Origin: Azolla caroliniana
Lineage: Eukaryota; Plantae; Polypodiophyta
Direction: 5' to 3'
Assembly (NCBI GenBank): GCA_043228905.1
Contig: JBHGNT010000014.1
Location: 1,240,001-1,304,000, forward strand
Length of the DNA stretch: 64,000 nt
Shown: piece after piece, positions 26,219-37,849 of the stretch
Layout of the letters: each line of letters begins with the position of its first letter
Numbering within the stretch: position 1 is the stretch's first letter
Notes under the pieces: generated by a model
Databases searched by the model: none
Seen by the model: the letters and a program-made list of their open reading frames with translations, nothing else
What the model was told of the DNA's origin: nothing
Translations under genes and position numbers: made by a program

Positions 26219-28705
26219 TTAGAGACTGGAAGATCTGTGATGAAGTCTAGAGCAATGGATTGTTATGGCTTGCTTGGAATTGGTAAGTTCTAATAAACCA
26301 TATGGATGATGCCTTGGCATTTTCGCTCTGCAACATGTATCACAAGTCCGAACAAAATCCTCGACAAATTGTCGCATACAAGGCCACCAGAATGATCGTT
26401 GTACTAAATGTAATGTTTTAGTACTACCAAAATGCCCAGCTATATATGTGTCATGACAGTTTTGTACAACTCGAAGGCGGCAAGAACCATTAGGAACATA
26501 CAAAAGTTCTTTAAAGAAGAGTAATCCATCATGGTATTTGAATTGCCGATAGTCCGTACCTGGTGGTTGCGACTGTGAACACGACGCTCGAGAGGGATCA
26601 ATTTGTGCTAGTATAGCTTGGGCGAACGCATCTGTCTTCAAGTCTTCACGTATGGTATCGATAACGTGGGAATCCATAGGCATGTCAAAGATTTGTGTTG
26701 CTTGTAGTCGTGCCGGTCCCAAGATGACTTGTTTTTGGTTATCGAAAGTTGGCTCGCCGGGACGGGGTGCTAGATACGAACGCCGTGATAATGCATCTGC
26801 CTTCCCTTGGTGCCTCCCCGGACGATATGTAATTTTGAAGTCGAAACGCGTGAGGAAGTGGGCCCACCGAGCTTGACGTCGATTCAACACACGAGCATCC
26901 TGAAAGTAGGCAAGATTCTTGTGGTCACTAAATACGGTGACTGGATGAGAGGATCCCTCCAGAAAATGCCTCCATTGCATAAAAGAATCCACTATTGCCA
27001 ATAGCTTCTTATCATGAATTTCGTAGTTGATTTCGGCGGCATCAAACTTGCGTGAGTGAAAAGCCACAGGATGTAGCTTCTCATCATTCCCCTGTTGTGA
27101 CAGAATGCTCCCCAATGCAAAATCCGATGCGTCAACTTCGATAATGAATGGTTTTTCCGGATCGACATGAGCTAGAATTGGAGCCGATGTAAATGCCTTT
27201 TTAAGACTCTCGAAAGCCATGTCCGTTTCTTCAGACCAGATGAATGGTTGTCCCTTCCTGGTAAGTTGTGTGAGAGGTAGAACGATCTTTGAGTAATCTT
27301 GTATGAACTTCCGGTAAAAATTGGCAAAGCCTAAGAAGCATTGCACATCCCGCACCGAACGCGGAGTCTGCCATTCTACCACCGTTTTGACCTTAGCTGG
27401 GTCCATGGAGATGCCTTTTGACGAAATGATGTAGCCGAGAAATTCCACTTGGTTGCACCCGAAACTACATTTTTCCAGCTTTGCATACAGGCCATGTTCT
27501 CGAAGTCGTTTTAGTACTAATAGTACATGAGAATCATGTTCTTCTTGGGTCTTTGAATAAACCAGTAGATCATCCAAATAGATGATCAAACAATCATCCA
27601 ATAGATCTCGGAATATATCATTAGCCATGTGCTGGAAGACTGTCGGCGCATTAGTGAGGCCGAACGGCATGACAGTATACTCAAAGTGCCCATATCTGGT
27701 GCGAAACGCGGTCTTCCATTCGTCTCCTGGTCGGATCCGTACGAGGTTATATGCTCCCCGTAAGTCGATCTTCGTGAAGAACCTGGCACCATTGATCCGT
27801 TCTAAAAGACTTGAGATAAGGGGAAGAGCATACCTATTCCTGATTGTAGCCTTATTCAAGCCACGGTAATCTACAACGAGACCAAGCGATCCATCTTTTT
27901 TCTTGACGAAGAAAATGGGCGTGCTGGCTGGAGATTTCGATTGCCGAATGAAACCATTTTCCAAATTCTCCTCTATATAGGCCCGAAGGACTTCTAGCTC
28001 GGTTGGTGACAAATTGTAGATCGGTCCCCATGGCGGCTCTTTTCTCGGTTGTAAATCGATGGGGCAATCGTACGGTCGATGATGAGGAAGTGTGTTGGCT
28101 TGTACTTTATCGAACACATCGGCGTAATGACGATACTTCTCAGGAAGTTGAACGGTGGATTCTTCTTTAGTGGTGCTGGAGGGGTTTACTGATATTGCAA
28201 AGAGGAACATTTCCTCCTTGTGCCCTTCTTTACGCAACTGACGTAGCGAAATGGTTGCCATCTTCTGAGTTGACCCTTCGGTTTGTTGACACCGGATTTC
28301 TCTTGTTCTCCAATCTATGTCTGGGTTATGTAACTCGAACCACGGTAGTCCTAAAACTATAGGATGTTCTGGGATACTAATAATATTAAATGATACTACA
28401 CATGCTAAGTTATCTAGGACAATATTAATGGGCTCTGACTCTTCTATGATATTTCCGGAAGCAATGGAACGTCCATCAATGACTACTACAGAGGCTGGAC
28501 ATTGGAGTTTTCTTAGGGATATCTTATGAGCTTGAGCAAATTTCTTATCCATAAAGCAAGAGTTAGCTCCGGAATCTAGGAGTGCTAGGACATGTAGTGG
28601 AGGGGTACTTTTAGTACTAACTATTACTTGGGCTACGAACACATCACTAATTTGCTTAGAGGGAATGGAACCACTAATGGGCTGCACAGATCTAGGGCTA
28701 TCCAA
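26219..28705 (-). pseudogene. pol (PR-RT-RH-INT zinc finger) of element C; frameshifted before the integrase core (25318-26196)
   Basis: 828-aa ORF with the canonical Gypsy motifs; the integrase core and chromodomain fall in separate ORFs. Confidence 0.9.
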
Positions 28706-31647
28706 CCAAACGGCTCCTATTTTGGCTGGACTTAGTCGTTTAACTCTTCTTCTAACTGACTAAGGACATCAAATTTGTTTGCTAGATCTGGGATATTAGT
28801 ACTATTAGGACTATCAGATATCCCTACTAAAATAGGCTCGGATTTAGTACAACTAGAACTAGCGACTATTTGGTTTACCTGTCTTCTTGGCCTATGGAGG
28901 CAATTTATTGCGATATGTCCTGGTCCACCGCAGTAAAGACATAGTTGATTTGTACGGCGTCGTTGCTTTTCTTCTTCGGATAATGGCCCTCGACGACGTG
29001 TAGTGTCAATCTCCATCGGAGTCGGAGTATTCGCTGGAGGCGCATTATATGACTCCCTCGGAAAAGGTCTTGCTACCACTGAGGCGTAGGTGGGCTCTTA
29101 TCTTGCCCTCAGCATCTGTAGCTGTCGTTCCGAACGTCGCTCAAAGAGGCGGTTGTCACATCTCACCGCGCGACTGATTGCTTATGTTAAGGACTTTGGC
29201 TCTTCGAGGAAGGTCAAGAGTAAATCCTTGACGTCGTTGCGTAAACCATAACGGAATTGCTCCATCAACGCTTGATCATCCCAAGGGATATCGGCGGCGA
29301 GTAGGCGAAAATCTGCAGCGTATGCAGAGGCTGGATGGTCACCTTGGCGTAATCGCCGGATTTTGTTGATTGCGGTCCTGATGCTGTCAGTATCTCCAAA
29401 ACATGCTTTAAACTCACCTAGAAACTCTTCAAAATTGTTGAGTAACGGAGACTCCTTTTCTAATAGTGGAGCGAACCATGACAACGCTGAGCCACTTAAC
29501 AAAGTGCCTACTAAACCCACTCGTGATGCATCGGTGGGATATCGGGAAGGATGCATTTGAATAACTAATCGTACCTGGTTAAGGAACCCTCTAAAATGCG
29601 ATCGTGTTCCATCGAACTTCGTGGGAAGGCCAATCTTAGGTTCTTTATGAATCCCTTGTGTTCCGGGCCCTTGTTATTGCATTGCTATGATGGTGGCTTC
29701 AAGTTGTTGCACGCGTAACGCAAGTTCCCCATGTTGTTGTTGCGTTTGCTGCTTTTCTAAGGAGATTTGCTGAAGATCCCCCAGCAACTGTTGGTTTTCT
29801 TGTTCCAAAGCATGGAACTTCTCCTTCAAGCATTGAAATTCCGAGAAAACAGATTGATATTCTTCAGCGCTAACAGTGTCCATGGGATGAAAGAAAAGAG
29901 GAATGAAAGATTAGTAGGAAATGAGAGAGACAAAAGGTAGGGAAAATTGGTTCAAACTGTCATGAACACTACTGAGACAAAGAAGGAATTAGTAGTAACG
30001 AAGGATTAGTACTATGAGAGGTGTGGAACTTCTTCGAGAGAAGGAAGAAGTGAGCGAGACAGAGAGAAAGAGAGAGATAGAGAGAGAGTGTGTGTGTGAT
30101 GATAAGAAAGATATGTATTATATGAAGAGAATATACAATGGTGGCTAAAAGGCTTAAGACTGGCGTTGAACCAATTTGGTTCAACATAATGCCTAGTGCC
30201 CTCTTTTATAGTGTTTTCAGGAGTAATCCTGAAGCTTCTAGAATGTTCCAGAGAAATCTGGAATATACACTAATTTCCTATAATAAAATGGAAATGAAAA
30301 TAATATCTTACGTATTACAATAGATGGTCTAATGGTCAAGAGCTTGACCCATATAACCTAAGGTCATGGGTTCGAGTCTTGCCATATCATGACACATTCC
30401 TAATGGATAGCCCAAATGTCGAAAAATAGAGTCTTTCTTCACCATGGAGCCTTGCCATCCTAAACATTCCAAATCCCTTTCAGTACATGATATTTGACTA
30501 GACTTCTTCCAATTAATATATAATTCGGAAGCCAATGCAAATTGGTTCTATACATCCTAAACATTCCAAATCCCTTTCAGTACATGATATTTGACTAGAC
30601 TTCTTCCAATTAATATATAATTCGGAAGCCAATGCAAATTGGTTCTATACAAGCACCCGCTTCTCAATATTCTCTCGTGAGGCTTGTAGAAACATGAAAG
30701 AATCATCAACTAAAGCTTGTGCTACTAGTTGCCCTCTAGACGGAAGGTGTAGAACTAGAATGTCACCATTTGTTGCAAGCCTTGATAACATCACTAACAA
30801 GGGATGAGTAACGATTGCAAACAACAATGGGCTAAGAGGGCATCCTTGACGAACGGATCTTGTGAGGGCAATATCTGATGTAACTCCCCCATTGAGCATT
30901 ACTCGATACACCGCATCTTGTCCTAATAAAAATATGAGGTGAGACATACGAGGTCCAAAGCCCATTGTATGCATTAACCCAAAAACAAAGGACCAATTAA
31001 CATGATCATAAGCTTTCTCCAAATCTAATTGCACCATAATCAATTCTTAATGAGTGTTTCGAGCATAATCCATGGCCATTTGAACATTCAACACATTATG
31101 CAATATATTCCTACCTACAATAAAACCATATTGGATGGGATGTATCAACTTTGGCAAATGTTTTTGTAATCTATTTGCCAAGACCTTTGTAAATATCTTA
31201 TACAACCCCCCCATCAAAGAAATAGGTCTCCATTGATGAAATGAATCGAGAGATGCCACCTTTGGAACTAATTTAATTAGACTAACCTTCCAAGCTTGAG
31301 GCATATGATTAGAATCCCAAAAATGTTGAAACATCAAATTTAAAGGCCCCTTTAAAATGTTCGAATATCGCATAAAAACTTCATTTGTCACAAGGCATAT
31401 TACCACAAGGAATGTTAGGCAAGCAAATCCCATTAAAAATGGGTAGAGAATTGCTAAGGAGGTGTGTGGTTGTTACGCCAGCAGCATGTAAATTTTGGAA
31501 CTTGGGTAATGTAGGACACTCTTGGTTAAATGCTTATTGGAAATGGCTATGGGCCATGCAAATTCCTAGAAAAGTAATCTTGTTTAGATGGTTGTTGGTA
31601 CATTATGGCACCCCTGTGAAGTCATGGATGAAGGGGCATTGCCATGA

Positions 31648-33672
31648 TTAAAAATCCCTTCTAGACGTAACATGGTGGGAGGCATCACTATCAAGAACCC
31701 AAGTGGTTTCATGGCTACTTGTGTTAATTTCATTGTAACTATTACATACAACAAGTAAATCATTAGAGGAAACAACATTAACAGAATCAATATTGTTATT
31801 TACATTCTTCTTATCTTTCATGTAGTTCGACACTTTATTTTCCTTCTTCCATTTGAAGCAATATTTCTTTATGTGACCTATCTTACCACAAAAATGACAA
31901 ACTAAATCTTTATATTTAGACCTTGACTTACTTCTACTTCTACCTTTGTTGTTTCGGCCATCACTTCTGTTTTGGCTTCTTCCTCTATTTTCAACAACCA
32001 AAACTTCCGAGTTTGATGTTGTTCCTTGCGCCCTCCGCCACATTTCTTCATTTAGAATTCCACTCTTCACATATTCCATTGTCATACCTCCCTTAGGAGC
32101 GCACTAGCTAGAGTAACCCTAAACATTTACCATGACTCGGGAAGAGTATTTAGCAACCATAAAGAAACAACTTCTTCAAATTTTATACCCATACTAAACA
32201 ATTGATCAAAACAACCTTGAAATTCATTTAAATGATAAAAAATGGAGTTATTTTCTTTATACGTTAAATGCATTGCTTGTTTAAGTAAAAACAAGTTATT
32301 GTTACAAGTTCTAGAAGCATATAAGGTTTCTAATTTATTCCACAACGTCTTTGCATTTGTTTCATTCACAACATGATTCAAGACATTATCTCCTACCCAT
32401 TGACGAATGAAACCACATACTTGTTCGTTTTCAAAACACCACTCCTCATCATTTTTCTTTTCAAGTTTATTCTTCGCAAACACAGGTAAATGCAAGTTTT
32501 TAACGAAAAGTAAATGTTTCATCTTTCCTTTCCATTTTTGATAGTTCGTGCCATTTAAAACAACCATTGTTGATGTGTTTGCCTCCATTTATAATTGAGT
32601 AGAAAACACAACCTCCGCTCTGATACCACTTGTTGGGGTATAGACACGTAAGGGTGTAACATCGTCACGTTTATGCTCGATTATAGTGAGGTAACGATCA
32701 AATAAAAAGACCACAAAACACACATAATGACACAATACAGATGACACAAGATTTAACATGGAAAAACCCTCAATGAGGAAACAACCACGGGACAAAGTCC
32801 AAAACCAATCCACTATTACCAAAGAGATACAACACAAATACAAGTTCTACGTCTAGATATACTAGAGATAAGTAGAGATATGTAGCAAAATACTACCGAC
32901 AAAGATGGTACAATAATCCAAAGAAATGAGGCTAACTCACAAGCATATGAGTGAAAGAGAAGAGAGAATAAAACCTGGATAAGATAGCCCACAAGTCGAA
33001 GTAGTAAGCATGTAGATCTCACGTTGAATAGTGGAGGTGGAAGGTAGATGAGTCGAGCACCAAGCTTAGCTATTTTTCCGTTCTATCCTCTTTACCATCT
33101 ATATCTCCTTTCCACTCTCTCTTCTCTTTATACCTCTCAAAACAAAATGGTTGTTTTGTTTTGTTTTCCCTTTCCTTTTTTTTTTCTTTACACACTAAAA
33201 ACGTAACTTACATTTACCCTTTTCAAGAAATAATGTAAGGGTAATAATTACTAAAGAAACAAAACATTCGTTTTGTTTTATATTACTACCTACTACTAAT
33301 AATAAATATTATTAAAAGAAAAAAGAACAAAATAGTGACCGAACACATTAACAACGGCAACATCAGAAAGCCCAATCCAATCTTGGACACATTAACAACG
33401 ACAACACCAGAAAGCCCAATCCTGTCGAAGAAATTCGAATGAGCACTTGGCTTATCACGCCAACCTAGCTCTCTAGCCCTTCTCTCCCACGTTGTTGAGA
33501 ACTTCTTTTGTGTAGACAAAGTTGCCTCTAATTTCTCACAAATAATAGCATACTCTTTGTAGCATTTTAGATTATGAGTTCCGACTGTGAACCCATAAAT
33601 ATCTCTTTGTGAACATGAGGTAGTTACCACATTTCTCCATTACTTCATTGGGGTTAAAAACACCTTACAACA
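31648..33672 (-). mobile_element. Element E: 3'-truncated Tnt1/Tork-like Copia (5' LTR, PBS, gag, protease start)
   Basis: LTR at about 32631-33672, PBS tggtatcagagc at 32617-32628. Gag LNGTNYQKWKGKM, knuckle CHFCGKIGHIKKYC, protease WVLDSDASHHVT. Confidence 0.85.
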
Positions 33673-33837
33673 TGAAAACCTCATTGCTCATAGATGTATG
33701 TTTCTTCCTCTTGCTATGCTTGAACTCTTCATATTTGAATTTATAGATAGAGATCGGTGATGGAGAGGGAGAGGGAGGGAGAGAGAATATCATTTAGACA
33801 CATGCACAAGAATTCTTTTCAAGAGGGGGTATGACCC

Positions 33838-33874
<37 letters not shown>

Positions 33875-34072
33875 CCTCTCAAGGGGAGGGTGGGGTGGGG
33901 GAAACTAAAGAAGCTCCTCTCATGGAACACCCACCATTTCTTCGGCTGCACCAACACACAGACACAGAGGAGCAAAGACGCAGAGTGAGACATCTTCTCA
34001 AGGGAGGGTTAGTCATTCAGGTGTGCCAAGTGTTTATTCTTGGCTCCACCCCCCTCCCAAGGGAGTTACGCA

Positions 34073-34121
<49 letters not shown>

Positions 34122-34395
34122 GAGACATAGAAATGAGAGGGAAAAGTTCTATATCCTTTACATGCCCCATAGGGGGTTTATATAGTACATCATATAACGG
34201 CTACATAATATGACCGTTACAAAAGGATCGTTACATTCTTGTACATATGCACATAATTATGTGCATGTGTTCATACACATATTCATCCTCGCGCACACTC
34301 GTATACATTACACATATACAACAACCCCTTTATCATGTTTTACACTTATAGCGCCTCGTACAATCCTACGGGTAAGAGAGAATTCCATGATATGA

Positions 34396-35930
34396 TTAGG
34401 AATTGGCAACAGTTCGATTAGGATAAGCCTAAACCATTTTTGGGTTCTCAAACCTAAGCCAAACCAAACCAAACCGATCCTTGAACCGATTTAGGCTAAA
34501 CCATTTTGTGAACTGGATTGGGACAAAAAAGCTTTAGAGGTGTGAAGAAACCCAAAAAACACCATTACCACTTCCTCCTATTTTTCTTCTCCTCCTCATA
34601 ACTCCCACCCCCTCGGCCTTCCCACCGATGAGTCGAATTTAACTCCAAGTCCCACTTCCACGACTCCCTCTCTGTTGACTACTACGATTGATCGGCTAAC
34701 ATCCACAAATTCCCCGCCTCCCACCACCTGAACCACGAGCCCGAGGCTATGGAGACCTCTCACTCTCAGTGATCCAATCCTTCTCCAAATTTGACATCCC
34801 CCCCTACCCCCATCCTCCTCATCTTCCTTTGTAGATTGCTACCGCCTTACCCTTGAGCACCTCCAATATAGCGAGCTCACGAGGAGAGGGTCGATGTAAC
34901 GGTTTCTGGACCTCAATATGTCCATTCTTGATTGCTATTGCCCATCCCTCAACCACCTTTAGGTCGAGCTCGCCATGACCTAGGTCCTAGGTCCAACTTA
35001 GAGAGAATTAGAACTAAAATTTCACCTATATGGATAGAAAGAATGTATATAACAAGAAGGAGATCCTCGTGATCATCCACTATGTAGGCTCCCTCTCCCT
35101 CTCTCTCATCACTCAACAGACGTTGCCTATGGCTTCATGTAGTCTCTCTCTCTCTCTCTCTCTAAGTTCTAAGTTCTAACCATCTAATTTCGGTTAGGAT
35201 AATGACCGACCACAATCGGTTTCTTGCATGTATGTTTGGGCATAGAGAATCAAGAAAAATAGTGCACAGATAGAAAACAGAAAACAGAAATAAGAGAGAC
35301 GAGACACATGATATTTTACGTGGAAAACCCGAAAGGGAAAAATCAGGGGGGTCCATAAACCCCAAGAAACAAATCACTAAGTGTAAGGAGAGGAGTATAA
35401 GGAGACTCAGAGGCAACAACCTCGAGCTCGTCTTCATCTAACAAATGGCGGTAGAGTTACTACTCTCTCTCTCTCACGCACTCTTTCTAGTTGTTACAGA
35501 GGCAACTACCTTGTTCAACTATACAACAATGATTCACACTACTTTAACTAAAGTTTGCCCTAGTTGTATTTATACTTATACAACTTTCTGGCTATTTACA
35601 GATATAGCCCACATGGGGCACATTTAGACTATTTACAAGTATAGTCTCCTGAATCAGTTATATAATCGATTCTCGATTTCGGCCTCGGTTGAATTACGCA
35701 TTGGTTCCATTTGATTCGGCTCGTACTCTTCTTCCCATCCGGAGGGACCTTTTTCCCAACAATTTCTAACTTTCTAAACCCTAATTATTAAATCACATAA
35801 ACGGCTTAACCAGTTTGATCCGGTTTGGCAAGGCTCAAACCGTTTAGGTAGGCTCAAGCCTAAGCCGAGCTGAGCCGAGCCGTTAAGCTACTAAGCCGTT
35901 TAAAATTGGTTTAGTCATTTAGCTAACCAT
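34396..35930. mobile_element. Possible non-autonomous DNA transposon remnant
   Basis: AAACC/AGCC subterminal-like repeats at both ends, and a left end (ttggcaacagttcg) similar to the MITE terminal repeat at 5229-5660. The right terminal repeat and TSD were not resolved. Confidence 0.35.
35192..35761 (-). mobile_element. Copia solo LTR (family of element G)
   Basis: TSD ATTTC on both sides; same terminal motifs as 22148-22971. Confidence 0.82.
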
Positions 35931-36199
35931 GTAACTTAGTAGTTATATGAATAGAATCTAGTTAGAATGTTGATTATAAAGTCTTAAATAGGATTTTGTT
36001 CCTTGTACGTAAGTGGGATACCCTCTAGATCCCCCACTATCAAGTTCATTTTACACCCTTATACATATATTCTCCTCACACATGTGTAGCTTTGCACATG
36101 AGATGTATATATACCTCATTGTGGGTATTTTTGTATCTTGATGTCTTAAATTTAATATAAGTAAGAGTTCCTTGAGCTACACTCGTTAATCATCCCCCA

Positions 36200-36673
36200 A
36201 CATGTTCGCGTTCACAAGTGGAAGGATTGCGCACAAATGGAAGGATAAGGAATATTCCGTCTGATTTTGGGGCCTTTTTGGCCATTTCACAAAACGCCTT
36301 GATACCAATATCACATGTTCGGAAGACGACTTTCTGGGCAGCAATACGATTTTCTGGCGATCGGAAGTTGTGTTTGAAGGGGCATGTTGAGAATCAAACC
36401 CAACTTCCCCAATGTAATGGCTTTTACACTAGCAATGGACACATTAGGTGTAGGCTAGTTTTGTAAATAGTAGAAAGGGCAGTTGCCCTAAGTTAGTTGG
36501 TATTGAAACCAACCCTTTGTAACTAAGTTATTGTTGGATGTATTTCATTTTGTCTAATACAACATATTGTTCTCTGTCCCTAAGTTCACACACACACTCT
36601 CCCTCTCTCTTCGTCTTGCACACACAATTTCCTTTCGCTGCATGAGGTCACCTACACTCTTCATTTCTTTACA
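36200..36673 (+). mobile_element. 3' end and 3' LTR (36385-36673) of an H-family Copia
   Basis: PPT gaaggggca followed by tgttgagaatcaaac...gctagttttgtaaatagtagaaagggca, matching the reverse complement of LTR 49078-49384. Confidence 0.75.
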
Positions 36674-37849
36674 ATTTTGCATGTCTTCTTCTTGTCCAAT
36701 CTCTTTGTTATTAATTTCTCGTTCTCACCACTCCTTAATCACCCTCAAACACATTCATCTTTCTTGTTGGAAACATTTCTTTGGTTGAGAGTAAAGTAAT
36801 TGATTGATGGAAACATTTCTTTGGTAATTTTGTTTTATTTTATTTTCTTGTTTTGGTATCTCATTTACGTGACTAAGTACACCTTTAAGTCCAAAAGCAT
36901 ACATTGCTTGTTTAAAACTCTTTTTTAAGTTAGGTGTTTGTGAGATTGAGAGAGGTTGTTAGTAAGAGAGACGTGAAGTAAGGAAGAAACCCTCAATGGT
37001 GCTTGATACCCACCATTACCTGTCTTGCCCATAATAGGGATTGCTTGTTTGCCCAACCTTGCAATGGCCTAACATGAGAGGGAACTGATAGTTATTTGCA
37101 TCGACTTCATAACATCCATGTGAATTATGTATTTCATATGACCTAGCTCACATTCTCATCGATCATGTTTTTTATTTTGGTGAGATTGAGGTCGAGGTCA
37201 TTCAAGTAAGAGAGGCCCCAAGTAACAAAGAAACACTCAATGGTGATTAACACCCACCATTTAAACTCACCTAGCTACCATGTCGAATTTGTGACATCCA
37301 TGTGCATTGTGTTTCCACATGGACATTCTCGTGAATGAGAGACGAGGTATAGGCCGGGAGAGTACTCATCGACGATGCATCTTCCTTTCTCTGAACAAAT
37401 TTGTGAGTCTCCAAATGTATTATCACCGTGCGTTACAACCAATGTCGTCCCACCTTCGACCACAATCGAGTCTGGGCACAACGTTTCTTTGTGTCAGCAG
37501 CATGAGTCTTTGGCTCAGATGCAAGCAAGCTTGTTGCTTCCACACGTACAACTTCGAATGGTGGTGCTCACGGCTAATGGTCGGCATCCAATGGGTGGAC
37601 AAATACATAAATCCGAGTGTCCGAGGGCCGCGGACATGTTCTCCGGGACGGACGGTAGCCGGACATATCGTGGAGGTGTTCGGGATTCTACCCGACTTTG
37701 CTTATGTCGTGTGCGTGTGTGTGTAAATTTATGTAGATAGCCCAAAACGGGAGGAGTTTTGTTTTTGGGGGGGAGTCTAATTGTGGAAGGTCGGGGAAGC
37801 TATTTCGGGTAAATCAACAGAAGAAGCCGCCTATTTTTGGCACACGCGA

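Larger units (their letters stand above)
24717..30394 (-). mobile_element. Element C: near-intact Ty3/Gypsy chromovirus (Tcn1-like)
   Basis: LTRs at 24717-25155 and 29958-30394 (highly similar), TSD CATTC, PPT at 25156-25168. Gag 29883-28732 with a CCHC knuckle; pol 28705-25150 with PR (ALLDSGAN), RT (YLDD), RNase H, integrase and chromodomain (EYEVAAILD...YYLVDWLGY); a few stops and frameshifts. Confidence 0.95.
24630..31650 (-). mobile_element. L1-like LINE fragment interrupted by element C, with an inverted 3' piece
   Basis: Minus-strand RT at 31390-30400: WRPISL, QYGFIVGR, LDLEKAYD, VRQGCPLSPLLF, VDDS, FRHLGYPLG. It continues at 24716-24630. A plus-strand zf-RVT-like WKWLWAMQIPRKVILFRWLLVH lies at about 31540-31610. 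Confidence 0.8.
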
